From: an uncultured candidate division Zixibacteria bacterium
GTDB lineage: Bacteria > Zixibacteria > MSB-5A5 > GN15 > FEB-12
Reading direction: 5' to 3'
Length of the DNA: 64,000 nucleotides
NCBI GenBank assembly: GCA_963735035.1
Contig: CAVTJJ010000003.1
Location: 832,001-896,000 of the forward strand
The notes below the pieces were generated by a model. It had not been told where the DNA came from. It made no database searches and saw only the letters and a list, made by a program, of their open reading frames with translations. Positions 29,288-37,989 of this stretch are shown in pieces (the stretch's first letter is position 1; the number at the start of each line of letters is the position of its first letter). Position numbers and translations under genes: made by a program.

Positions 29288-31273
29288 CTATCTCAGATCG
29301 AGCGCCCTAGCCGTCTCCTGGCACTCAGCCGCCGACCCGACAATATAGAGCAAATCGCCGGATTCGAAGCGCTCTCCGGCGGGAGGATTACTCACAAGCC
29401 GGGTGCCACGCATAACCGCCAGAAGCGTCACGCCAAACCGGTTACGCATCTGGGCTTCGGCCAGTGTCTGACCAATCAGTGGACCCTGGTCGCCTACCCG
29501 AAGGGCGCTGATCTCGATAGCCGGCAGATTGAGCTGCAGGTCGGAAAGGCTCGGCGACTGGTGAGTAAGGCTGCGAAACATCTCATAGCTATGGGACCGC
29601 AAATCGGTCGTAAACTTCTCGATCTCTTCGCGGGGCACCAGATACTTGGACAGCACCCTCGTAAAAATCTCCACCGATGTCTCGAACTCTTCCGGGATGA
29701 CTTCGTTGGCGCCGATGTCATACAGGGCCGCCATCTCATTGACGAAACGGGTCCTCACGATGATATAGACTCTGGAGCTGAGTTCCCGTATCGAAAAAGT
29801 AATGCGACGCGAGGCGATTGGATCGGATATCGCAATGACGACAATTCGCGCCCGATCGACCGCGATGTCTCTGAGCAGTTCCCGGCTGGTAGCGTCGCCG
29901 TACCGGATCGGTTCGCCTTCGCGACGCACCGCCCGCACGGTGTCAGGGTTCATTTCCACGATCAGATAGCGAATCCCGGCGGCTCGGGCCGCTCCGGCAA
30001 TGTTGCGACCATTCAGCCCGAAGCCAATAATCACCAGATGGTCCTGCAGATCTTTTTCGCCCGGACGATTATCCGCCATTTGCAGATACGACCCGGATTC
30101 AAATCGTCTCAGCCCCGGCCAAGCCGAGACCACCCCCGCCAGCGAGGGAGCGATGTTAATCAGGAACGGCGTTACACCCATTGTCAGGATAGCTATCGCC
30201 AGAAAGGTCTGGTAATCGTTCCCCTCAAAGAGGCCGTACGACAATCCCACTTTGGACAGAATGAAGCTGAACTCTCCGACTTGACCTAGCGCCAGTCCGA
30301 CCATGACGGCTGCCCGGGATGACATCCCCAGTGCCAGAGCCACCCCGCCGGCCAGAATCGACTTCAGCAGGATGACCAGCAGGCCGCCGCCGATCACTTT
30401 GACCGGTTCGGCCAGCACCACCGACGTATCCAGAAGCATCCCGATAGACACAAAGAAGAAACCGGTAAACACCGCCTTGAACGGCAGAATTCCCTCGAGC
30501 GCCTGATAACTATACTCCGAGTCGGAGATGACCAACCCGGCGAGAAACGCCCCTAAACCCAGCGACAGTCCAAGCTCGTACGTTGCCCAGGCGACACCGC
30601 TACAGATCAACACTACACTGAGCAGGAACAGCTCGCGGCTCTTGGTTCTAGCTACCTGATACATGACAATCGGCACGATATATCGCGCCAACAGGATAAC
30701 CAGCCCCACCACAGCCAACCCTTTGACAACAATGCCCAACATCGATTGAGTTAGGCCGTCGGCGCCGCCACTGAGCACCGGCGTGATGATCATCATAGGT
30801 GCGATGATGATATCCTGGAAGATCAGAATGGCCAGGGTCGCCCGGCCATGGGCGCTGTCCAGTTCGCCCTTGTCCTGAAGCGCTTTCAAGACGATCGCCG
30901 TGCTGCTCAAGGCCACCAGGAACCCGGCAAACACGGCTTCTTTGGCGGCGAAACCGAACCCGATCATCAGCAGGAGGGTCACGCTGGCGGTCAATATTAC
31001 CTGCAGACTCCCCCCCAGCAATGCCGCCCGCTGGGACTGCATCAGGTTCTTGATCGAGAACTCAATACCAATGGCAAATAGCAGCAGCACGACGCCTATC
31101 TCGGCGAGCACGTCGACTTCGTCCTGAGACTGCACCAGGCTAAGACCGTAGGGGCCAATGACCATCCCCGCAATCAGGAACCCCACCACCGGTGGCAGCT
31201 TGAGGCGATGGCATATGAACAGCCCGCCCACTGAGGCGGCGAGAATGAGTACCAGATCCTGAAGAACATACAT
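29288..31273 (-). CDS. CPA2 cation:proton antiporter (Kef-like) with TrkA-N and TrkA-C domains
   Basis: About 12 TMs, LAEIGVVLLLFAIGIEFS, LSSTAIV, FQD; IIGFGLNG and YGDAT; C-terminal TrkA-C. Confidence 0.92.
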   Translation of the reverse strand: MYVLQDLVLILAASVGGLFICHRLKLPPVVGFLIAGMVIGPYGLSLVQSQDEVDVLAEIGVVLLLFAIGIEFSIKNLMQSQRAALLGGSLQVILTASVTLLLMIGFGFAAKEAVFAGFLVALSSTAIVLKALQDKGELDSAHGRATLAILIFQDIIIAPMMIITPVLSGGADGLTQSMLGIVVKGLAVVGLVILLARYIVPIVMYQVARTKSRELFLLSVVLICSGVAWATYELGLSLGLGAFLAGLVISDSEYSYQALEGILPFKAVFTGFFFVSIGMLLDTSVVLAEPVKVIGGGLLVILLKSILAGGVALALGMSSRAAVMVGLALGQVGEFSFILSKVGLSYGLFEGNDYQTFLAIAILTMGVTPFLINIAPSLAGVVSAWPGLRRFESGSYLQMADNRPGEKDLQDHLVIIGFGLNGRNIAGAARAAGIRYLIVEMNPDTVRAVRREGEPIRYGDATSRELLRDIAVDRARIVVIAISDPIASRRITFSIRELSSRVYIIVRTRFVNEMAALYDIGANEVIPEEFETSVEIFTRVLSKYLVPREEIEKFTTDLRSHSYEMFRSLTHQSPSLSDLQLNLPAIEISALRVGDQGPLIGQTLAEAQMRNRFGVTLLAVMRGTRLVSNPPAGERFESGDLLYIVGSAAECQETARALDLR

Positions 31274-31546
31274 GGGCGGTTCCTGCCTGAAAAGGGTCGA
31301 GGTGAGACGGGAAAGGGCCGAGCCTGTATCATCTCCCTCGTCTATCGAAAAATAGACCCGATCCGACCGTCAGATCAACCTCAAAGAATGGCCCTTTGAG
31401 CTCAATTCATGACGGGAACAAGCTCCACAGCAGCGGGTTTAGCTCTCAGTACGCGCGAACCGGCCATTTCGAGACCGGACTCATTTCCTCTTGATCCTGG
31501 GCGGCCGCTGTCGTACCGTAGTAACCTATTTTCGAGGTGAATCTCA

Positions 31547-33037
31547 ATGGCTGAAGCAGGACAGACAGACTCTACAATCAAATCCGGGACCGGCCTCGAC
31601 GTCGAGGCGATCATGGACCGAGCCGTGACGGCGGCGCGCGCCTTCCACGACCTGGATCAGAAACAGACCGACCGCATTGTCGAAGCGGTTTTCAGGGCCG
31701 GTTTCGACAACCGCATCCGTCTCGCCCGGGCCGCCTGCGACGAGACCCGCATGGGCGTCTGGAAAGACAAGGTCATCAAGAATGTCATCGCCACGCTGTT
31801 TGTCTACGAAGATATCAGCAACATGAAGACGGTCGGTGTGATCTCCGAGGACGAAGTCCGCGGTATTGTGGAGATTGCCCAGCCGGTCGGACCGATCTTC
31901 GCCATCACGCCGGTGACCAATCCTACGTCGACGGTTCTCTTCAAGATTCTGATCTCGCTCAAATCGCGCAATCCGATAATCATCCGCCCCCACGGCGCGG
32001 CGCGGAAGTGTTCGATTGAAGCCGCCCGTATCTGCTACGAAGCCGCTCTGGCGGCTGGCGCTCCGGAACACTGTATCCAATGGGTATCCCGATCAACCGA
32101 TCAGGAGACTATTGCCCTGATGAGCCACAAGAAGACGGCCATGGTGCTCGCCACCGGCTCCACCGCGCTGGTTAGGGCCGCGTATAGTTCCGGCAACCCG
32201 GCCATAGGCATAGGCCCCGGGAACGTGCCGGTGTTTATCGGCAAAACTGCCGATATTCCCTTTGCCATTGAGCAGATCTTCCTTTCCAAGACTTTCGACA
32301 ACGGCACGATTTGCGCCAGTGAACAGGCGCTGGTGATAAGAGGCTGTCACGTTGACGAAGCCAAACGCCTTCTGAAAGAGCGGAAAGCCTATTTCCTCTC
32401 GAAGGATGAAATTGCGCGCCTCGAAAAGATCGCCTTCAACGTCGAGCACCGCACGATGCGGCCCGAGGTGATCGGTCAGCCCGCAGCGGTGATAGCGCGC
32501 ATGGCCGACATCCAGGTGCCTGATGACACCACTCTGCTGATAGCCGAGCTGGAAGATGTCGGCTTGCAGTCGCCTCTGTCGCTTGAGATTCTGGCGCCGA
32601 TTCTGGCACTCTACGTAGCACCAAACCTCGAAACGGCCATCGATCTGTGCCGCAAGATCAACGTTCACGGCGGCCTGGGGCACACGATCAGCATGTTCTC
32701 CAACAACGAAGAACGTATCCGGTATTTTGCGTCGACTATGAATGCCGGCCGGATTCTGGTGAACACTCCCGCCTCTCAGGGCGCTCTTGGCGGAACTTAC
32801 AACGCCCTGTCCCCTTCGATGACTCTGGCCTGCGGTTCCGGCGGTAAGAATCATTCGACGGACAACATCAGCGCCATGCACTTGCTTAATATCCAGCGCA
32901 TCGCCCGCAGGCGTGTCAGCCCGCATATTTCTGACGAGGCGATGGCGATGTATCTGGATGAATCGGTGACTGCGGTCGATTTCGAAAAGCACACTCGCGA
33001 TGCCCACGCGTTCGACGAATCCGCGCCTTCGGAGTGA
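31547..33037 (+). CDS. Acylating aldehyde dehydrogenase (stand-alone AdhE-type ALDH domain)
   Basis: PVTNPTST, GPGNVP, SKTFDNGTICASEQ (catalytic Cys), GLGHT, PSMTLACG; no ADH domain. Confidence 0.88.
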   Translation: MAEAGQTDSTIKSGTGLDVEAIMDRAVTAARAFHDLDQKQTDRIVEAVFRAGFDNRIRLARAACDETRMGVWKDKVIKNVIATLFVYEDISNMKTVGVISEDEVRGIVEIAQPVGPIFAITPVTNPTSTVLFKILISLKSRNPIIIRPHGAARKCSIEAARICYEAALAAGAPEHCIQWVSRSTDQETIALMSHKKTAMVLATGSTALVRAAYSSGNPAIGIGPGNVPVFIGKTADIPFAIEQIFLSKTFDNGTICASEQALVIRGCHVDEAKRLLKERKAYFLSKDEIARLEKIAFNVEHRTMRPEVIGQPAAVIARMADIQVPDDTTLLIAELEDVGLQSPLSLEILAPILALYVAPNLETAIDLCRKINVHGGLGHTISMFSNNEERIRYFASTMNAGRILVNTPASQGALGGTYNALSPSMTLACGSGGKNHSTDNISAMHLLNIQRIARRRVSPHISDEAMAMYLDESVTAVDFEKHTRDAHAFDESAPSE

Positions 33038-33083
33038 ACAAGTTCCTTTGGCCCCCACAAACAAAAAGCCCCTGCCGAACTTA

Positions 33084-33214
33084 ACGTGCCCGGCAGATGC
33101 CCACATCTGCCGACGAATGTGATTCGTGGGAGTCACAAAACTCCCCTTCTGCCATAATCGGCGACTGCCATCTACGTGCCCGGCAGATGCCCACATCTGC
33201 CGACGAATGTGATT
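33084..33214. repeat. Two identical 41-bp direct repeats containing the GTGC-REP
   Basis: ACGTGCCCGGCAGATGCCCACATCTGCCGACGAATGTGATT at 33084-33124 and 33174-33214. Confidence 0.92.
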
Positions 33215-33247
33215 GCCACGGTTTGTGCATTTCAGGCATCTTAGCAC

Positions 33248-33772
33248 ATGCCGACTCGTACGCGCCTCCAAATGACTGGGCCGTGCTTGACGTTTGTCAC
33301 CACCACGGTCACCGATTGGGTTCCCGTGTTCGGAGATAAGCGGCTGGCTGAATGTGTACTCACTACTTTTGGAGAGGGTTTGACGCGTCAGAAAGTCTCG
33401 TGCATTGCATACGTTCTGATGCCGTCGCATCTTCATGCTGTCATTGGTGTCACAGACTACTCGCTGATCTCAAGATTCATGCAAAGCTTCAAGATTATTT
33501 CGTCGAAGAATCTGAAAGAGCAACTTGGGCACAATTTCCTTGAACGAATTACCAATAGTGGAAAGTACCATTTCTGGCAGCCTCGGTACGATGAACTTGT
33601 CATCACCAGCGAAAAGCAGTTCAGGACGAAGATTCAGTACATCCATACCAATCCGGTCAGGGCGGGTTTAGTCAGGGAGGCTGTGGATTGGGTGTATTCG
33701 AGTGCGCGAAGCTGGAACGGGAAGGGACGAGGGATAGTCCCAATTGATACTACTTTTTCATTTGAGCGGTGA
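33248..33772 (+). CDS. REP-associated tyrosine transposase (RAYT / TnpA-REP, Y1 HUH)
   Basis: FVTTT, YVLMPSHLH (HUH), FWQPRY, YIHTNPVRAGLV, WVYSS; visibly more AT-rich than its neighbours. Confidence 0.93.
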   Translation: MPTRTRLQMTGPCLTFVTTTVTDWVPVFGDKRLAECVLTTFGEGLTRQKVSCIAYVLMPSHLHAVIGVTDYSLISRFMQSFKIISSKNLKEQLGHNFLERITNSGKYHFWQPRYDELVITSEKQFRTKIQYIHTNPVRAGLVREAVDWVYSSARSWNGKGRGIVPIDTTFSFER

Positions 33773-33790
33773 AGAGTCTTTCTTGCTTGC

Positions 33791-33817
33791 CGGCAGATGT
33801 GGGCATCTGCCGGGCAC
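33791..33817. repeat. GTGC-REP, inverted copy downstream of RAYT
   Basis: CGGCAGATGTGGGCATCTGCCGGGCAC, identical to 6421-6447. Confidence 0.9.
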
Positions 33818-33910
33818 TCTAAGGAAGAACCGACTCTTGTTCACCTAGGTCTATACGTTCAACGAGTCTTTCAAACCTACGAACTAAGAAACACAGGCCC
33901 CCCCACAAAC

Positions 33911-33942
33911 AAAAAGCCCCTGCCGATAGGCAGGGGCTTTTT
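33911..33942. terminator. Bidirectional intrinsic terminator
   Basis: AAAAAGCCCCTGCC-GATA-GGCAGGGGCTTTTT. Confidence 0.88.
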
Positions 33943-33963
33943 CACTCGATCGAGTAATCTCAA

Positions 33964-35064
33964 TTAGTGAGCGGAATAAGTGCGCGGCTCTGATTTCACA
34001 GCAGCGGTAACGCCACTCGCGTTTCCCGTTCTGATGAAGTTCAGAGATGACTGGAGCAGGCCGAGAGCATATTCGGTATTGTGAATGCCCTCGGACCGGT
34101 CTTCCTTGACGAACATGTAGTTGTAAACCGCACCCGTGGAGTCTTTGCTCTTGACAATCCTATTACCCATTGGTGCGTAGGTGGTGTCAGCGGTCCCATC
34201 TTCGAACTCTTCGATGGAATAATCGGCCAGGCCGACGTCGTAAAGGGCGGCGCCGAGGGAATCAAGGTACTCTACGATAGACGTCTGCACGCCGGTAGAA
34301 TCAAAACCCTTCATCTCAGCGTTGTGGCAAGTGGACCTGTTGCATCCAACAAGATTCTGTTCTTCGCCCTCGACCGTCACGGCTGCCATGGTCCAGGTAT
34401 GTCCGCCCAATTCAACACCGACTGACGGCGACATGTGACAGTCAATGCAACCATCAACGGCAACATTGGAGTGGGGGGAGTTCGTATAGGTGTAACCGTC
34501 ATACTCGTAACCACCGCTGCCATTCAGCATATCGCCCTGCGGGCCGTGGTGCGGACCGAAACGCGACGAAAGCTTCACGCTGTCAGCAACAGTGGTTCGT
34601 ACATCCTTCCGGCTGTGATGACAATTCACGCAGAGATTGGCTTCACCATGATCGAAGACGTCGCCGTTAAGCAGCGTATACGGTTCAGTCACGCGAAGCG
34701 CCAGGGTTCCGGTGGTATGCGGGGCGTGGCAAGTGAAGCATCCGATAGACGAATAATGTGACGAGTCAAAGGGTACGTCGGTAATAGCAGAGATGAATCC
34801 CTCCGCCGTATGGCATTCCCCGCACGAACCCTCGCCGACATTGGCGTTGAGGATAGTCGTCGCACCTTCGCCGTGTTTCGAGTTAGCCCACTGTGTCTGG
34901 GCGGCTACCAGCTTTAGATCACCGTCGCCATGGCATTCCATGCAGGCGTCCGCGCCGGCGAAGGTATTGTCTTGTACGATGGTGTTGGTCACTTTCCGCT
35001 CGCAACCAAGCGCCAATATCAGCGAGGCGCAAAGCAGAATCGTGAATATGACTGTACGTTTCAT
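33964..35064 (-). CDS. Multiheme c-type cytochrome lipoprotein (5 CxxCH + 1 Cx4CH)
   Basis: Lipobox LALGC; CMECH, CGECH, CFTCH, CVNCH, CIDCH, CNRSTCH; C-terminal helical EDRSEGIHNTEYA. Confidence 0.9.
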   Translation of the reverse strand: MKRTVIFTILLCASLILALGCERKVTNTIVQDNTFAGADACMECHGDGDLKLVAAQTQWANSKHGEGATTILNANVGEGSCGECHTAEGFISAITDVPFDSSHYSSIGCFTCHAPHTTGTLALRVTEPYTLLNGDVFDHGEANLCVNCHHSRKDVRTTVADSVKLSSRFGPHHGPQGDMLNGSGGYEYDGYTYTNSPHSNVAVDGCIDCHMSPSVGVELGGHTWTMAAVTVEGEEQNLVGCNRSTCHNAEMKGFDSTGVQTSIVEYLDSLGAALYDVGLADYSIEEFEDGTADTTYAPMGNRIVKSKDSTGAVYNYMFVKEDRSEGIHNTEYALGLLQSSLNFIRTGNASGVTAAVKSEPRTYSAH

Positions 35065-35076
35065 GTGTCCGTCTCC

Positions 35077-36645
35077 TTAGAATTGGACGTCTTTTATCAA
35101 ACTAACTTCTACTATATTCGCGGTGTAATACTTGTCCCCCAGCAGGAAATCGTCGTAGTTGAATACATCGTAGCGCGCCTCCAGCCGATGCCCCTTCGGG
35201 AACCGGTACGACACGCCAAGATCAACGCTGAACTTCTCGATATCCTGATCGCGTCTGCTGCGGTAGTACGTTCCCCCTCCATCGACCGTGAAATTCTTCC
35301 AGGCCACCGGATAAACGTGTCCGGTGAGAAGGTGATCGATGAAGTTGTAACTCGTGACGTCACTCCGGTTGTTATAGGACCCGTCGTAGTAGGAATACGT
35401 AAAGGTCAAGCGTCCCAGCTTCGAACGAGTCAGGTTCACCTCGCTGGAGAGCACGTTGTAGTCAACCTTGCTGGTCAGATCGTCATTCTTGCGGGTACGA
35501 CCGTCCCAACGGGCGGATACATCGCCCCACTCCGGCTGAATGAACTTTGCCATGAGCGAATGGTGGGTCCGGTTTTCGTCGCCCAACAGCGTTACGCCGT
35601 CGGTGACATCGGTCTTGCGGGTTGAAAAACCGCCGCTGAAATACCACTTATCGGCCGGTTTCAGCCAGGCGTTGGCCAGCATACCGTTCAGTTTGGTGCG
35701 ATTTTCAAAATCGTCACCGGTCCGGCTTTCATATCCGACCCTGACACCACCCCAGTGGCTCCATGATTTTCCGAGCATAAGCGTATGGGAATAGTTGTCG
35801 ACCGTGCGTTGCGGTTCATTTCGCTCGGTGATAGCATAGATAAGCTTGTATTCGGCGAACAGGGTCGATGTAAAGTTGAATCTGGCATCGCCCCAGTACT
35901 GACTCGTCTTCAATTCAGTGGCGGACAGATCAGCCTTGTCCTTACGATAGTTCAATCCGCCCGAAACCTGGAGCTGTTCGCAGCGCGGCAGCTTGGAGGT
36001 GGCCTGAAGATTCAATAGATCGGCCGTGCGGTTCGCAGCCAGCGGCGTGTTGTCAGTGAAGTCAAAGCGACGATAATCCACCCGGAACTGGTGGCTGGCA
36101 TCTCCCACCTGGGCGCCAACATTATAAGTGTTCTGGGACCAATCGTTGCCGCGAGAAACGGTATCGCTGACCGCCGGCAGGACAAAGAAGTCCCGGCCGA
36201 ACTTGTCCATACGACCGTACCCGGCGTTGAACTTCACGAATTGATTAGGCTGATAATTGGCCTGAACGTTGGTCGCGCGACGGCGCGTATAGTCGCTGCC
36301 ACTGTCGCTGTAGATCCGACGATACTGCGTGTTGGTCACGCTCAAGCCGAAACTGCCGGGCTTGCCCAGCGAAAATCTGACATTACGGTTGTTGAGCGTA
36401 ATATTATTGAGGTCGGCCTTGAATCTCATGCCGCTGTCCCAGTTGTAGCGCCACTGGTTGAGCGAAACGCCGAATCCCTCGTAAGTATTGTAGGTCTCTT
36501 GATTGACCGCCCGGGATCCTTCCTCGTCGAGATAGGTATATCCCAGTTTGACCGAACCACCACCGTTACCGGCGGCATGGATCGCCGGGGTCACCAGGAT
36601 GGCGATCAAAGCGAACAAAGCCGTTGCGTAGTATTTCTGTTTCAT
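35077..36645 (-). CDS. Outer-membrane beta-barrel of a porin-cytochrome conduit (MtrB/PioB-like role)
   Basis: Signal peptide, amphipathic Tyr/Gly-rich strands, C-terminal Phe; sits between a decaheme and a lipoprotein cytochrome. Confidence 0.8.
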   Translation of the reverse strand: MKQKYYATALFALIAILVTPAIHAAGNGGGSVKLGYTYLDEEGSRAVNQETYNTYEGFGVSLNQWRYNWDSGMRFKADLNNITLNNRNVRFSLGKPGSFGLSVTNTQYRRIYSDSGSDYTRRRATNVQANYQPNQFVKFNAGYGRMDKFGRDFFVLPAVSDTVSRGNDWSQNTYNVGAQVGDASHQFRVDYRRFDFTDNTPLAANRTADLLNLQATSKLPRCEQLQVSGGLNYRKDKADLSATELKTSQYWGDARFNFTSTLFAEYKLIYAITERNEPQRTVDNYSHTLMLGKSWSHWGGVRVGYESRTGDDFENRTKLNGMLANAWLKPADKWYFSGGFSTRKTDVTDGVTLLGDENRTHHSLMAKFIQPEWGDVSARWDGRTRKNDDLTSKVDYNVLSSEVNLTRSKLGRLTFTYSYYDGSYNNRSDVTSYNFIDHLLTGHVYPVAWKNFTVDGGGTYYRSRRDQDIEKFSVDLGVSYRFPKGHRLEARYDVFNYDDFLLGDKYYTANIVEVSLIKDVQF

Positions 36646-36657
36646 CGCGCCGCCTCC

Positions 36658-37578
36658 TCAGTTCACACCGTGACACCAGCAACTCTGACCGTAGGTCGTA
36701 GAGATGTCGCTGGACAGCAGTTTGCGGGTGGTCGACGAGCCATGGATGTCGCTATGGCACGCCAGGCAGTCGATTCCGGCGTAGACGCCGCCGTGCGCCG
36801 TGTTATGTGTCGGAACCATGTGACAGTAGTTACAGATCTGAGACTTGGGCTGTCTCAGGAGCTGATCGTTTTCACTGCCGTGAGGATAGTGGCATTCCAT
36901 GCACCAGCCGCTCTCCGAGCTAAACGTGCTCGAACTCTGATGGCCGTACAGGAACGGGCCACTCTGCTCCATATGGCAAGAGTAGCAGTTAGCCGACGCT
37001 CCAAGCCCTATTTCCGGCTCCGAAACGCCCAGGAAGCGATGGCAACTCGTGCAAGTAAAGGTGCCTTCGATCAAAGGGTGGTTGGAGCGCTTGTGGAACT
37101 GGAGAGCGACCGATTCGTGGCATTTTTTGCACGGTTGATCACCGGTCCAGGCCGCCGCCTGGTGAACCGAATGGCAACTCGTGCACGACATCCCCAGCCC
37201 GGCATGAGGATCATGCCCGGCCATCCCCAACCCCGGATGAGGCTGGTGGCAGGTGGTGCAGGTTGAGCCGGTCTTCGAGGGATCCTGAGTCGCCGGATTC
37301 GTGATATTATCCTTTGAAGGATTCTCGATGTGGACCGGACCACCCTCGTGGCAAGATACGCAGGCAACGGTGTGGTTGCCCTTCAAGCCCAGAGCGTGGG
37401 TGGTTTTGGCCAGTCCGGCGTCGTAGCCTTCGTGACACGACAGACAGGTCGCATTGTCGACCCCTGCCGGCGCGGCCGGTGTTTCGCCCGCTGAAAGAGC
37501 GGCCGAAGTTAGCAATCCCAGTCCCGCGATCAATAGACCAAGCAGGAACCGGTGTGAATTTGGGTTTTTCTCCGTCAT
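36658..37578 (-). CDS. Periplasmic decaheme cytochrome c (MtrA/DmsE-like)
   Basis: Signal peptide; 10 CxxCH; GPFLYGH, CMECHYPHGS, CLACHSDIHGS; extra C-terminal CWCH. Confidence 0.88.
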   Translation of the reverse strand: MTEKNPNSHRFLLGLLIAGLGLLTSAALSAGETPAAPAGVDNATCLSCHEGYDAGLAKTTHALGLKGNHTVACVSCHEGGPVHIENPSKDNITNPATQDPSKTGSTCTTCHQPHPGLGMAGHDPHAGLGMSCTSCHSVHQAAAWTGDQPCKKCHESVALQFHKRSNHPLIEGTFTCTSCHRFLGVSEPEIGLGASANCYSCHMEQSGPFLYGHQSSSTFSSESGWCMECHYPHGSENDQLLRQPKSQICNYCHMVPTHNTAHGGVYAGIDCLACHSDIHGSSTTRKLLSSDISTTYGQSCWCHGVN

Positions 37579-37650
37579 GGCTTGTCCTGAAGAACCTTGT
37601 CCTTAGTCGACGTTTACATCCATGTACACGACACCTGCATTGGTGCGGGT

Positions 37651-37668
37651 TTGTGACATTTTTAACAA
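37651..37668. promoter_or_regulatory. Putative Rex operator
   Basis: TTGTGACATTTTTAACAA vs TTGTGAA-N4-TTCACAA (2 mismatches). Confidence 0.55.
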
Positions 37669-37694
37669 GATAAAAAAACTTTCCATGGTCATCT

Positions 37695-37722
37695 TTGTCG
37701 GCAATGATCCACCGAACCTTTA
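37695..37722 (-). promoter_or_regulatory. Putative sigma-28-like promoter upstream of the decaheme gene
   Basis: TAAA-N16-GCCGACAA on the minus strand. Confidence 0.45.
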
Positions 37723-37933
37723 GCTTTCCCAGTGACATACATGTCGTAACTGATTTGGACGGGGAATCCGATCATCCGGATCATCCAGCCGTAACCGCCT
37801 GAAAGCTAATCATCTACGCCGACATCACGTATCTTGAGCGGCACCCCAATCATCTGGATGATTGACGCTTAATCCCACACATAAAGTGCGAAGCATGCCT
37901 TACTGTGCGGAGCTTCCTATGTGATCCCAAGGC

Positions 37934-37967
37934 AAAAAAAGAGGAGGAGAGCTAAGCTCTCCTCCTC
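37934..37967 (-). terminator. Strong intrinsic terminator after the OmcS-like gene
   Basis: GAGGAGGAGAGC-TTA-GCTCTCCTCCTC followed by T7 on the minus strand. Confidence 0.9.
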
Positions 37968-37989
37968 GGAAATACCCACGTATCGTGTC

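Larger units (their letters stand above)
33052..33926. mobile_element. RAYT cassette with flanking REPs, bounded by a 27-bp direct repeat
   Basis: CCCCCACAAACAAAAAGCCCCTGCCGA at 33052-33078 and 33900-33926; REPs at 33086, 33176 and inverted at 33791-33817. Confidence 0.75.

Noticed and set aside
33084..33214. Two identical 41-bp repeats with a 49-bp spacer, resembling a mini CRISPR array
   Set aside because: Only two units, no cas genes, and the same core occurs inverted and dispersed around a RAYT, so these are REPs.
32093..33436. 447-aa minus-strand ORF with a repeated NHIRRQMWASAGHV peptide
   Set aside because: Antisense shadow of the ALDH gene; the repeat is just the translated REP duplication.
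36091..37266. 391-aa plus-strand ORF
   Set aside because: Antisense shadow of the decaheme and barrel genes, typical of GC-rich coding DNA.
25366..37891. 12-bp match CATAAAGTGCGA in two intergenic regions (opposite orientations)
   Set aside because: Matches of this length are expected by chance in 64 kb; no palindrome or positional consistency.
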